The notes under the pieces were generated by a model, which searched no databases, was not told the DNA's origin, and was given only the letters and a program-made list of their open reading frames with translations. Shown piece by piece: positions 40,673 to 52,277 of a stretch of DNA of 60,672 nt (position 1 is its first letter; the number at the start of each line of letters is the position of its first letter). The stretch is from a virus (Duplodnaviria > Caudoviricetes): positions 1 to 60,672 of IMG/VR virus record IMGVR_UViG_3300025160_000007. One strand, written 5' to 3'. Made by a program: the position numbers and the translations under genes.

Positions 40673-41760
40673 AATTAGGGGAGACGGCTCCCCTTAATAA
40701 AATAAAAGTTGGAGGAATTATTATGTTAAAAAATAAAATTAGTTCAAAGGTAACAGCTGCAAACATAACAACCTGGCTAAACAATTACAATGCCTTTTTA
40801 ATTGAGAATAACTTAATAAAAAAAGAAGATATAAAAGCCATTAAACAAAGTACTAGAAACCTATTTTTAAGCCTCGTTAATAACCCGGACAACTTTACAT
40901 TTGATGAGAGATTTTACGTTTTTATAAATAAATATTCTAAAAACTTTATAAGCACATCATTGGTTCTGGGAGTTTTAAAGCAAGCAAATGAAACTGCCTT
41001 ATACCTTGAAATACATGAAAAAACATATTAAGGAGGTTTTTAAATTGGAGAAAAGAGAAATAATATTATTAAAAGCTGTTGTTAGGTTGCTGGCACAGCA
41101 GGAGAGGTCTAGTTATGTTATTGATATGTTATCTGCGCTGGTTGTTTATGACGGCGCAGAATGCGACGGCTCATGTTTGTTGGATGATATTAGACTATTC
41201 CTAGAGGAGGTTGAAATAACAAGTAAAGGCCTAAATATTAACCAGGGTTAACCGGGCAATTTAACCAGCCAATTTTACAAGTAAATTATACTTAAATAAA
41301 ATGGGCCTTTTAAAAGGCCTTTTTGTTTAAAATAAAAGCTATTAGATATAATAAAAAAAATAGTCAAATACATTTAAAAAGTAGTTGACTTTGTATCAAA
41401 CTTGTATTAATATGTATATAGTAAGAGATTGGAGGATAAAACATGCAGGATGAAATTAAACTTTTAATACAAAAGGAAATCAGAACTATTCAAAGTCTAT
41501 TAATTAGATTAGAAAAACATGTTTGTGTTGATGACGAGCAGTCGGTTGTTTGGTTGCAAGAACGAATGGCTGACCTTTGTTCTAAGTATGTAATTGAAGA
41601 GCCCGAAGAAACTATAAATAAAATTACCCTAGATAGTAGCTATATAACAGAGGAGGATAAAAAAAGAACTCTCCAGTTTATAGAAAGGGAAGAGGCTAAA
41701 ATAAAAGATATTTTAGCCGAAGAGGATATATTTTAAAAATTTTTGTAGGAGGTTTTTATT

Positions 41761-42786
41761 ATGGGAGTAACCATTATTTTACCAGCGCATAACGAGGAAA
41801 AGATTATAAAGCAAGCAATTGAGAGTTTGTTAAATCAAAGCTATTGGGACACAGAGATAATTGTTTGTTTGGATAATTGCACTGACCAGACCGAGTCTAT
41901 TTTAAATAATAATTTTGGGGATAATTACGCAGTTAAGATATTTAAAAGCGTAAAGAATGAAAAGAAAAAGGCGGGAGCCTTGAATCAATTATTCAATTGT
42001 TATTTTAAAAATATGAGAAAATACATTCTTGTTATGGATGCCGACACAATACTACATCATAAGGCAATAGAAGAAGGCGTTCGATACTTAAAGAAAAATG
42101 AACAGCACGGAGTTGTTTGCTCTAAGGCTGGAGTTATAAAAGAACATGGATTCATTTGGAATATTCAAAATATTGAATATGGAAGGTTTGATACAGACCG
42201 AACCGAGACACTTGATTTTTGCATGGTTGCCCACGGGATGTTTTCAATGTATAGAAAAAAAGTTTTAAGCAAAATCTTACAAAGGGGATATCTTTACGAC
42301 GAGGATTGTATAACAGAAGATTATGAATTAACTTTAGCAGTTAATCAAACTGGCTATAAAATAGGAAATAGCCTGAGAATAAAAGCCTATACAGATGTGC
42401 CTTTAACTGTAAAAGATTATTGGGTTCAGAGAGTTAGATGGATGACAGGCGGATTGAACGCTTTGTCTAAATATAGTTTTAATAAACACACTGCCCGAGA
42501 TATGCTCGGCCATGTATTGTTTGTAATATTATTTACTTTACAATTCTTTTTAATAATAAACAGCATTATAAACAAATATAATCCGCTTGGATTTGGGCTT
42601 GTTATAATACTAGGAATAAGCACAATAAATGCAATAGTTAGATATAAGTATGTATCGCACAAAAGCCTTAAAACGTTTATTTTTGCAGTTATTTTAATAC
42701 CGGATATCTTTATAAGTTGGTTTCAAACAACGGTGATGATAAATGCATATGCAAGACACTTTTTAAAAATCGAGACAAAATGGTAA
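41761..42786 (+). CDS. Processive GT2 glycosyltransferase (IcaA/PgaC/cellulose-synthase-like)
   Basis: PAHNEE, DNCTD, KKAGALN, DAD, TED, QRVRW, C-terminal TM helices. Confidence 0.9.
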   Translation: MGVTIILPAHNEEKIIKQAIESLLNQSYWDTEIIVCLDNCTDQTESILNNNFGDNYAVKIFKSVKNEKKKAGALNQLFNCYFKNMRKYILVMDADTILHHKAIEEGVRYLKKNEQHGVVCSKAGVIKEHGFIWNIQNIEYGRFDTDRTETLDFCMVAHGMFSMYRKKVLSKILQRGYLYDEDCITEDYELTLAVNQTGYKIGNSLRIKAYTDVPLTVKDYWVQRVRWMTGGLNALSKYSFNKHTARDMLGHVLFVILFTLQFFLIINSIINKYNPLGFGLVIILGISTINAIVRYKYVSHKSLKTFIFAVILIPDIFISWFQTTVMINAYARHFLKIETKW

Positions 42787-42837
42787 TTTATTACCTTTTT
42801 AAATAAAATAAAATAAAATTAAATGGAGGATTTGAAA

Positions 42838-43005
42838 ATGTATAATAATAGTGGAATGGTTTTACCTCAGACTGGCATGATTGCAAGTGGAGCATTTGGA
42901 TTAACTGGGCACCAGAGTATTGCCCTGGGATTGTTTTGTGTAGTAGTAGGGATAATGTTATTTAAGTTAGTAAGGTTTAAAGCTAAAGATATTAAGAACA
43001 ATTAA
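42838..43005 (+). CDS. Tiny membrane peptide with LPQTG motif, TM helix and basic tail
   Basis: GGAGG SD before ATG at 42838; MYNNSGMV-LPQTG...hydrophobic...KLVRFKAK. Confidence 0.7.
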   Translation: MYNNSGMVLPQTGMIASGAFGLTGHQSIALGLFCVVVGIMLFKLVRFKAKDIKNN

Positions 43006-43115
43006 TTAAAACCTTCTTAGTTCCTTAAATAATTTGTAGTTGCAGCCTGCAGCAGTCAACGTAAATCTGTATTAAGGAACTAAGATTTAATTAAAAGGGA
43101 GATAGGAGGCGGGAA

Positions 43116-43484
43116 ATGATAGGCATGGATATTAAAAATTTTAATCTAATAAAAAATATCAAAGATAATAAAGTTTTATCAATAAGTGTGGGAAGTATAT
43201 TATTAACCTTAATAGTATTAGGATTTATGGGGTATTTAGACGACTTGATTGCCGGAATTTTTGCCGTTATAGTCATTTTATTGTTAGGTCTATTTGGAGC
43301 CTTAGCAACATTAATCCCCATAGTTTTTGGCCTTGGATTATATTGTTTACCAACAATTGTCGCCTTAATTAGGAAGCATGCCAATAAAAGCCCGATAATA
43401 CTTGTGAACCTATTATTAGGCTGGACGCTTATTGGATGGGCTGTGGCCCTAATTTGGGCCTTCACGGATAACGCTGCCGACTAG
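43116..43484 (+). CDS. Superinfection immunity (Imm-like) membrane protein
   Basis: LYCLPTIVALIRKH.N...ILVNLLLGWTLIGWAVALIWA. Confidence 0.85.
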   Translation: MIGMDIKNFNLIKNIKDNKVLSISVGSILLTLIVLGFMGYLDDLIAGIFAVIVILLLGLFGALATLIPIVFGLGLYCLPTIVALIRKHANKSPIILVNLLLGWTLIGWAVALIWAFTDNAAD

Positions 43485-45508
43485 ATTAGAATAGAAAAAG
43501 AAAGGGAGTTTACAATGGACGCAGGTGAAATTATAAGAATGATTAATACAAAAGCATCTTTATGCCTTGAGAAAGCAAAAATATTTTCAAAAGGGGAACC
43601 AGTATCAGATGAAGACCAGGCTCGATTAAGTGAAATTAAAGATATCCTGGAGGTAATAAATAGCCAATTAGAAGCAGAATTAACTCAACTAAAAACAAAG
43701 AATGAAAGGATAAAAGAATTATGATTAACAAAAATAAAGCTCGAGCCATAATGCTATTAACCCATTATTTTAGAACTACATTCGAACAGGCAGGATTAAA
43801 GTTTGATAATGATAACGAGGCAGAGATTGCCGAAATTATCAATTGTATTTTTGACACAATCATTGAACAAAGTTAAGGGGAAAGGTGATGAAAGACCATG
43901 TTAAATTATATAAATATAGCTGTGATAATAATAGGGATAATTGGAGTGGTACTTTCGATAAAAGCAAGCAAAAAGAAGTAATGAGTTTTATTGCAGGCAG
44001 CTCTTTTTTTATAGGCTTTATTATAAGAATTATTATATATTGTCTTGGATTTATGATAGGTATTTTAAAAGCTATGGAGCTGGGCTGCTGGCAATTCTTT
44101 TTAATTGGAATGATTGCCTTTGGATTAGGATTAACAACATCAATAAAAGACCTTATTTTTTTTGAAATATTTAAACTTGAAAGGAGGGAATAATTATGGG
44201 TTGGTGTGCGATTAATTTTTGCGATAATATTTGGAACCTGTTTGTAAAGTATATTCCAAAAAAAGAAAGAAAAGAGATAGCCTTGGAACTAATAAAAATG
44301 TTTGAAGCAAGAGATATGGATGATGGATATTGTGAGTCATCTGTTGAAAAGGCTGCTGGGATAAAGTATGAAGATGGTTAAAAACTAGGGGAAAAGGATT
44401 ATGAATATTAAAAAATTCTATTTATTGAATTCTCTGAAAGATTTGTATGACATAGCTGAAGATGGAACGGTAACAAATAAAAAGAACGGAAAGATACTTA
44501 AATATTCCACACATAAGGGCCAGCGATTCGTTAGTTTATATTTAACTGGCAAAAGCTATCAATACACCGAAAGGCAATTGAAGGACTTCTTAAGCGGGGA
44601 ATACAATAAAAAAAATAAATGCAAAATTTGTAATTGTGTCACAAATAACGACTGGTGTAATATGTGCCAGTTAAAATTGCAAAATGTAAAAAACATTATA
44701 TTGAAAACTAGGGAAGGGAAGAGATTATATTGACAAATGCAAATAAAAAAAGGTACAGGCGAGGAGACCCGATTATTTATAAGGGCCTGCCTACTCAACT
44801 TGGATGCTCGGCTAATATAATATATTATTGTTTAACTAATAAAAGAGGCGTTTATAGCTTTACAAATAGAAGTTTAAATGAAACTGAATGCAAAAATACA
44901 AAAAGGATATATTTAAAAGCAGTCAAGAATGTTAGAAAGGAATATCCAGACATTAGATTTGATGATATTAAAATTATAAGAGAAATGGTTAAAATAAAAA
45001 ATAACGAAGGTTTAAAAAGTATCGCTGATGATTTGTCCTAATTGAAAAAAAGAGGAGGTTTTATAATGAGTTATGATTTTTATAATTTTAGTGCAGGGCC
45101 CGAGAAGGAAGAGAATACTATAAAAAATATAAATACTACCACCAAGGAAGGGAAATATTTGTTAGCTGCTTTGGCAATATTAACAACAAGTACATTTGTA
45201 TTTAAGGGCGATGAGATAAACGGCGGCGGGTTAACACCTGATTCAATTTTAAAAAAACTAGAAATAATTTCTAATGAGATGTTTGGAACTGGAGGAGAAT
45301 AGATGAATAAATTAATTACAACAATATATCTCCATCGGGACAAAGATGAAAACTCAGAATTATCCGAACTGGCGGTGGCTCAAGGAATAAAAAGGGAAGA
45401 CCTTTTATACGTTGGATATGAAATAGAAATGAAAATCGAAATAACCGAATCTCACATTAAAATATTAGAAATTGACGGGGTGCCAATTGAAAAGGATGTG
45501 TTTATATA

Positions 45509-45676
45509 ATGTCTTCGCTGGTTAAAAAAGAAACATGTATTTTTTGCAGGAGGGACTTTAATGTATTACTTGAAATAAGGGAGAATCGTAAAAGCTTAGA
45601 TGTTGAGTGTCCCTATTGTAAAAAGGTAGGGGAGACAACAGGCACTAAGGTTTTAAAAGTAGAAGGGAAGAGTTAA
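45509..45676 (+). CDS. Small Zn-ribbon protein (55 aa)
   Basis: Manual translation: CIFC...CPYC; coupled TAATG start. Confidence 0.6.
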   Translation: MSSLVKKETCIFCRRDFNVLLEIRENRKSLDVECPYCKKVGETTGTKVLKVEGKS

Positions 45677-46044
45677 AATGAAACTGGAACAAACATGGAA
45701 AATTGAAGAAACTATATATGAACCAAAGTATCATGATTTTAAGTCCGTTTATTTGGCTCGGTTAAAAGGAAGACTATTGGAATCGGTCAAAGATATTTTT
45801 AATGGTCAATATGTACCATGGTTAGTATTTAAAGAAAAGCCATGTAAACAATTAGGCGGGTTATGTGTAAGAGATGTGGTAATAATAGAAATGAACTTAT
45901 ATCTATATAAACCGAAAAGCGAAACACCAGAAGAACTAGAAATAAGAAAACAAATCTTATATAAAAATGGCTTTGAATTTGTAGACCAGATATTAGAAAA
46001 GTTAAGAATAGATGATATAATACTTCGTAAAATTTAAAAAAAAT

Positions 46045-46070
46045 AAGGCCCTTTGGTTAGGGCCTTTTTA
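46045..46070. terminator. Bidirectional terminator
   Basis: AAGGCCCT...AGGGCCTTTTT between convergent genes. Confidence 0.75.
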
Positions 46071-46071
46071 T

Positions 46072-46413
46072 TTAGCTAAAACTTTTTATAAAAAATAGTA
46101 TTTCTTCAGCTTGGGTTTTATATAATTCTATCTGCAAATTTATCTCGCCAGCCGCTTCGCTAATTAATTCTAAATACTTTTTATTTATGTTTTGTATTCC
46201 AATTTCAATATATAAATCTTTGGCGGCTGCTGCTAAATACAACTCTTTCCCGCCGGTTTTTAAATGGTTAGGCCAGTCAATTGCGCCTGTTTCGTTTATA
46301 AATTCAGCTATTTCTAATAAGTTCTCTACTGTCGCGCTGTTTGGCTTTACTTCTACATCGTTGTAACTTTCAATTACTAAACTTTTAATTCCTTTTATTA
46401 ATTCCTTATTCAT
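46072..46413 (-). CDS. Hypothetical protein, paralog of 3346-3537
   Basis: Shared DWP motif region; GGAGG SD. Confidence 0.75.
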   Translation of the reverse strand: MNKELIKGIKSLVIESYNDVEVKPNSATVENLLEIAEFINETGAIDWPNHLKTGGKELYLAAAAKDLYIEIGIQNINKKYLELISEAAGEINLQIELYKTQAEEILFFIKSFS

Positions 46414-46465
46414 GGTAGTACCTCCAACAAATTTAATTTAGTAGGTTATTAACTACTATACACAC

Positions 46466-46494
46466 ATTATACTATGTAAGTAATACTAAGTCAA
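46466..46494 (-). promoter_or_regulatory. sigmaA promoter with GTATTAC box
   Basis: TTGACT-17-TATAAT. Confidence 0.8.
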
Positions 46495-46550
46495 TACCTA
46501 TTTAATAATATATTTGAATAAAAAAAAGGCCGTGTGGCCTTAATAATTAT

Positions 46551-48803
46551 TTATTCAAATAGATTATGGGCTTTTTTATATTTTGGAACCTCTTTATATC
46601 TTGGAGCTTCTATAGCTTTAATTAACCTTTCTTTTAGTCTCGTAAATCTTTTATAAGTATTATTTCTTTTAGCTATTTTGTTGAATGTATCTATATTAGA
46701 CAATATTATTACTGTCTCTTTTCCCCGAGTTATTCCAGTATATAGTATTTTTGAATCTAAAAATATTGAATCAGATTCGATTATTAGTACTATATATTTA
46801 TATTCTGACCCTTGTAACTTATGAACTGTGCAGCAATAAGCAAGTATAAAATTATTTTTATCTTCAAATTTAAAAGGAATTTCTCTTCCTAATGAGTTAA
46901 AATAAACGATAAAAGTATCTTTTGATATCTCTTTTATAACTCCGCATTCGCCATTAAAAATATCTTTATCTCTATTGTTTTTAATATTCATAACTTTATC
47001 ATTTACTTTGAAATTCAAATATTTATGCATGGTATTTTCATTGTATTTATTTTGTATGTATTTATTAATAGCATCGCATCCAGTCTCTCCTTTTTTTATA
47101 GGCGATATAAATTGTACATTATTTAAAAAACTTGAATAATCATCATATTTACTCCTTAAGTGAATCCACATTTTATCAATCTGGATATAAAAATCTTCTT
47201 TTGAATAGCAACTTTGAAAGAAAAAATCTTTTTCCCTAACTATTGGAATTGATTCATTTTCTCTTATTTTGTAAGCACAATCTATTATGTTGCTGTCCTT
47301 TCCTTGTCTATGAATTTTATTTAACCTAGATACGTTAATAACACCCGACTGAATAATATCATATAAATTATTTCCAGGCTGAACCGAAGGAAGCTGTCCA
47401 TCATCACCAACAAATATTATTTTTTTATAATTAAGACAATTGCAAATATAAAGTAACTTGTAAAGAAGATATAAATCGCACATTGAAAATTCATCAATAA
47501 TTAAAACATCATCATAACTAACAAGTTTTCTATTGTTTTCGTAATTAGATATACTTATATCATCCTTTTCTGGGTTTTCTATTGACATTGACTTATTAGT
47601 TTTTTTATCAGCATTATATTCGACGGAATAAAGATATGAATGGATAGTAGAAGCTGGATTATTTGTTGCTTCCTCAAGCCTTCGGCTGGCCTTCCCTGTT
47701 GGGGCTAAGCACTTAACACTGTATCTTAATTTCCTTAATACAAATATTATCGCTTTTAGAGTGGTGCTCTTCCCGCTGCCGGCATTCCCTACTAAACAGC
47801 TTACATTATCATTTACAACACTTATAATTGATTTTATCTGGCTATCATCGTATTTAATATCAAAAGAAGTCTCAGCCTCTTTAATATATTTTTTTAAGAC
47901 ATCTTCATCAAAAAGTATATAGGTATTATCTTGTATAAAACTATTTAAAATTTCAGGAATAGCAGTCTCTGCTTTATATAAATCAAAAGGATAGCATCTA
48001 TCGTCTTCTATTGTAATTAAGGCATTATGTATAATTTTTTCAAGAGGATTATCTATATTATTTTTTTTAACTTCATCAACAAAATCTGGTAGTTCCATGT
48101 ATGTGTTTCCATTAATAGCTTTTCCCAATATATATGCTATTAAATAAGTTATCCGCTCTTCGTTATTTTCATCTATATTTAATAAGGTTAAAGATATATC
48201 ATCAGCCTTTTTAAATCCAATTTCTAATTCTTCAATAAGTAGCCGATAAGGATATTCATATAAAGAACCAACGGATGTCATTCCTATACATTTGGATAAT
48301 TCTCGTATTTTCCCTGGTTTTAATTTTTCAGATAAAAGAACCTGCAATTCACTAAACAGAACATTGTCGTTAAGACTATCAATTGTGGCTGTAATGTTTT
48401 CTATTAATTGGGGCAATGTTTTCTTTCCAAAGCCTTTTATTTTTAACCTTTCTATAAACCCAGAATTTTTAACATTGAAAATATTGTTATCAAGACTTTT
48501 TAATATATTTTCTAGGTTGGTAACACCGACGCCCTTTATGTTTGACAATATACTTTTTTGAACATCTATGTCTTTGTAATTAGTTTTTTCATATCTTACA
48601 TCTATTGTTTTTTTTCCATTATAAGACCCCTCATCTCCAACAAGCGTTTTAATTCCACTCTCAGAAGAAAGTGAAAACCCTCTAGTTTTAAAAGATGTCT
48701 CGCTAAAATCTCCCTCTATTATGCCTGAATAAATATGGAAATCGTCGTTATTATAAAACTCCCTTAAGATGTTTACTTTGTATTCCATTCTACTTCCCTC
48801 CAA
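46551..48803 (-). CDS. RecD2-like SF1B helicase
   Basis: HhH GVG/GFG motifs, GNAGSGKST, APTGKAS, IIDEFSM, VGDDGQLPSV, TVHKLQGSE, LYTGITR. Confidence 0.9.
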   Translation of the reverse strand: MEGSRMEYKVNILREFYNNDDFHIYSGIIEGDFSETSFKTRGFSLSSESGIKTLVGDEGSYNGKKTIDVRYEKTNYKDIDVQKSILSNIKGVGVTNLENILKSLDNNIFNVKNSGFIERLKIKGFGKKTLPQLIENITATIDSLNDNVLFSELQVLLSEKLKPGKIRELSKCIGMTSVGSLYEYPYRLLIEELEIGFKKADDISLTLLNIDENNEERITYLIAYILGKAINGNTYMELPDFVDEVKKNNIDNPLEKIIHNALITIEDDRCYPFDLYKAETAIPEILNSFIQDNTYILFDEDVLKKYIKEAETSFDIKYDDSQIKSIISVVNDNVSCLVGNAGSGKSTTLKAIIFVLRKLRYSVKCLAPTGKASRRLEEATNNPASTIHSYLYSVEYNADKKTNKSMSIENPEKDDISISNYENNRKLVSYDDVLIIDEFSMCDLYLLYKLLYICNCLNYKKIIFVGDDGQLPSVQPGNNLYDIIQSGVINVSRLNKIHRQGKDSNIIDCAYKIRENESIPIVREKDFFFQSCYSKEDFYIQIDKMWIHLRSKYDDYSSFLNNVQFISPIKKGETGCDAINKYIQNKYNENTMHKYLNFKVNDKVMNIKNNRDKDIFNGECGVIKEISKDTFIVYFNSLGREIPFKFEDKNNFILAYCCTVHKLQGSEYKYIVLIIESDSIFLDSKILYTGITRGKETVIILSNIDTFNKIAKRNNTYKRFTRLKERLIKAIEAPRYKEVPKYKKAHNLFE

Positions 48804-49248
48804 ACATAGTATCTATCTCAGCCTGTTCTAATAATGTCCTTTTTAGCTCCATCTTTTTTACAAAAGGGCTCTGGGGACATTCTTTAAATGAATTGCAATT
48901 TTCGCAACTATCATCGCCTGAAGAACTTGTAATTAAACAATTAATAGTTATTTGATAGGCTTTAACCTTCTTATCAATGCAGCTTCTTAAGAACTTAGAG
49001 ATATCTGTGTTCTCTCCAGTTAAAGCCTCTTTTAATATTTTTAGCTTATCTTTATCAACGCTGAAACTATAGTTAAAATAATTATTTTGTTTTGCCATTT
49101 TAACTCCTCCAATAATTTAATTTAATTAATGATAACATCTTTTCAATAAAATTTCAATAAAAACTTTTTTTTAGAACCCTGTTGCATATTCCAAATATTC
49201 TAGTTATAATTGAATAAACCGAATTTTAAAAGGGAGCGGGGACGAATT

Positions 49249-49413
49249 ATGTTTTTAGTTAGAAAATTACGAAAAATTGGGCCATCATTTTATTTTTTAA
49301 TTCCAAAGGATTTAAAAGAATTAGTGGGAATTGAAAAGGACATAAAGGTTTCTATTGAAAATGGGAAAATAACCATAGAAAAACATGCTGATGAAGAGGT
49401 CTTAATTAAATAA
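49249..49413 (+). CDS. AbrB-like protein
   Basis: RKLRKIGPSFYFLIPK...GI. Confidence 0.65.
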   Translation: MFLVRKLRKIGPSFYFLIPKDLKELVGIEKDIKVSIENGKITIEKHADEEVLIK

Positions 49414-49475
49414 CAACAATAAAAAAAATTATGAAAGGGGAAGCCTCTAATGATTTATTTTAGTGGCGTTATTTT

Positions 49476-50819
49476 ATGGCCGAAAAAAAGAATAAAAAAG
49501 ACTTTATCAAAGTAAAATGGAATCCGAATTATGTTATGGTTACTTATACACATAATTCGGAATCCGTAACGGAACCATTGAATGAGTATTTTGATAAGTT
49601 TAAAGAAGGGAAAAAACCAAAGATAACAAAGTATGATGTTATGAAAGTTATTGAAAATATAAAATGCCTTCTATTTCATTATAATATTGTTGCTAGATTT
49701 AATGTTTTAAAAGCATCTTATGAAATATTTGTTAATAATGGAGTTTATAAGATGGAGGATTGTCTTATAAATATTCAAGATAAGGCCACAAAACATAATT
49801 TTAAAATAACTAAAGAAAGGCTAATGGATTCATTAATCTATATAGCTAAAGGGAAGAGATACAATCCGGTTAAAGATTATTTAATCGGATGCCATAAATA
49901 TTTTTTAAAAAAACCAGACCTTGCTATTTTTAAAAAAATTGCAGATACAATAGAAAGCCCATGTCAGTTAAAAGAAAAATATATCGGCAGGTTTTTACTT
50001 CAGATGGTTCACTTAGTTTGTTCTAAAGATGACGACCAAACAGCCTCTCAATATTTATTAGTATTACAAGGGAAACAAGGTCTTGGAAAGACGACCTGGC
50101 TTCAGAACTTATTACCTAAAAAATTTAGGGCTCAGTATTTTTTAGGTGGCCGAGTTTTAGACCTTTCTAATAAAGACCATGTAATGGAAACAATAACAAA
50201 CTGGTTATGTGAAATGGGAGAGATATCTTCAACATTTAAAAAGTCAGACCAGGAAGCTCTTAAAAACTTTATTACATCATTTAAAGATAAGTTTAGACTT
50301 CCATATGCAAAGGAACCTATTGAACAAAAAAGAAGAACAACTTTATGTGGAACAACAAATGATAGGGAATATTTAAAAGATTTAACAGGAACCAGACGCT
50401 TTTTAACTCTCAATTGCACGGGAATTAACTTTAATCATAATATTGATTTAGATATGCTCTGGGGATATATGTATAGTTTTTATCTTCAAGATAGACCATA
50501 TTGGTTTGAAAATGATGAGATAGAAGAAATAATGACCGAAAACAACAAATTCCTTTCTAAGTCCGAGCTGATTTTGACTATAGAAGAATACTTCGATTTA
50601 TTCCCCAAGGAGCCTGATGGCGATGCGAATGAAGAGGCTGGTAAATGGATGAAGGCCGTGGATATTTACGATGTCTTAAAACCTTTTATGGCAGACCTTC
50701 AATTAAATAAATTTAATGTAAACAAGTTTTCTATTAGTAGGGAATTAAAGAAGTTAAACATGAAAATGAGTTATGACAATCATAAAAATGTAACGATGTT
50801 TTATGTTAAAAGGCTTTAA
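49476..50819 (+). CDS. VapE/VirE-family P-loop ATPase (replicative helicase-like)
   Basis: YNPVKDYL, QGKQGLGKTT, FRLPY, GTTNDREYLKDLTGTRRF. Confidence 0.9.
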   Translation: MAEKKNKKDFIKVKWNPNYVMVTYTHNSESVTEPLNEYFDKFKEGKKPKITKYDVMKVIENIKCLLFHYNIVARFNVLKASYEIFVNNGVYKMEDCLINIQDKATKHNFKITKERLMDSLIYIAKGKRYNPVKDYLIGCHKYFLKKPDLAIFKKIADTIESPCQLKEKYIGRFLLQMVHLVCSKDDDQTASQYLLVLQGKQGLGKTTWLQNLLPKKFRAQYFLGGRVLDLSNKDHVMETITNWLCEMGEISSTFKKSDQEALKNFITSFKDKFRLPYAKEPIEQKRRTTLCGTTNDREYLKDLTGTRRFLTLNCTGINFNHNIDLDMLWGYMYSFYLQDRPYWFENDEIEEIMTENNKFLSKSELILTIEEYFDLFPKEPDGDANEEAGKWMKAVDIYDVLKPFMADLQLNKFNVNKFSISRELKKLNMKMSYDNHKNVTMFYVKRL

Positions 50820-50849
50820 AGCCTTTTTTTTTGTGTTTTTTTATTTAGC

Positions 50850-51050
<201 letters not shown>

Positions 51051-51815
51051 ATATCTATAACTGACATTGAGGGAATTACTTGCTAAAAAAATGAACCGAT
51101 TGGTTCTTAACTTCCTAGCAGATAAAAGATAACGCTTGTATTATTATAATCCATTTTATTGTATTTTATGTAAGATTTTTAAATTTTCTTCCGAGCAGAT
51201 TTAAAAAACGTTAAAAATTGAGATTCTTGAATAGCCCTAAAAATGCGGCTTCCATTAAATTCTTAGGATTTTTGTGAAGTTTTATTATAAAAAAAGCGAT
51301 TTTGTGAATTCTACTTTTATAATAAAAACAATCCGCAACCCTTTAATATTGTGGCTTAGAGGTTATTTTGCGAGGAAGTGAGAAAAAGCTAAAAAGTGAT
51401 GGTTTTTGGTCAAAAACGAACTATTAGCTCTTTAGGGTATTACCGAAAAAACCAACAAAAAAAAACACTTAAATACTTTTAATTCTTGTATTTGTAAATA
51501 ATTATATTGTTATGACAAGAAAAGCTAATAATATGAGTAATACCGTGAATCAGCAGAATTAACAAAAAGGGTGTTTTTTATCAAAAGCGGCACTTTTTAT
51601 TAAATAATAAATTCCTGATAAAAGTTTGATGGTTTACTTTTAACCGAATATATTTTACAATGTCTTCAAAGAATAAATTTTATTTGATTAGTAGATTAGT
51701 AAAGAGTTAGTTAAGCAGGCGAGGTATTATAATATAGATTTTTCTTTCTTTTAGCTCCCTTCAGTAGAATATAAGATAAGTTGTTAGGTTGTATAAGTTT
51801 GTTAATTTAATTTTT

Positions 51816-51854
51816 GCACAAAAAAGGGCCCTTCGATAAGGCCCTTTTTTGTGC
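51816..51854. terminator. Strong hairpin/terminator
   Basis: GCACAAAAAAGGGCC...GGCCCTTTTTTGTGC. Confidence 0.75.
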
Positions 51855-52277
51855 GGTTAGAATTATGAACAATTTCTTGCAAACACTTGAAAGTTAACAA
51901 ATAGTTCAGATGATGTTTTAATTTTAACACAAAACATCAAAATAAACTATTGCATTATATTTGCTGACGAGGTATAATGTGAGCATAGTAATTAATTATT
52001 ATTTTTGAAGGGAGACAAAAATGAAAAAGTTATTTTGCGAAGTTTGTGAAGACCAAATGAATTCAATTTTTGATTACGACTCAGACACTTTAAACCCAAA
52101 GACCATTGAAGTACATCAATGTACAAACAAAGACTGCAAACAACACAAAATTTTAAAACACTACTGGATAAACAAAAATCGGGCGATTTTCTTAGGAACC
52201 ACTGGGTCGGCAGAGCCAAAGTTTTAAATAAACCGGGAGGCATTTCCGGTTTATAATAAAGGGAGGGAGAGCTTAAG

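Noticed and set aside
41239-41270. Three TTAACC repeats
   Set aside because: Too short and partly coding; no supporting context
51752-51762. TAGCTCCCTTC as an anti-SD guide for gene 33082
   Set aside because: Only 11 nt, mostly generic anti-SD sequence, with an uncertain promoter
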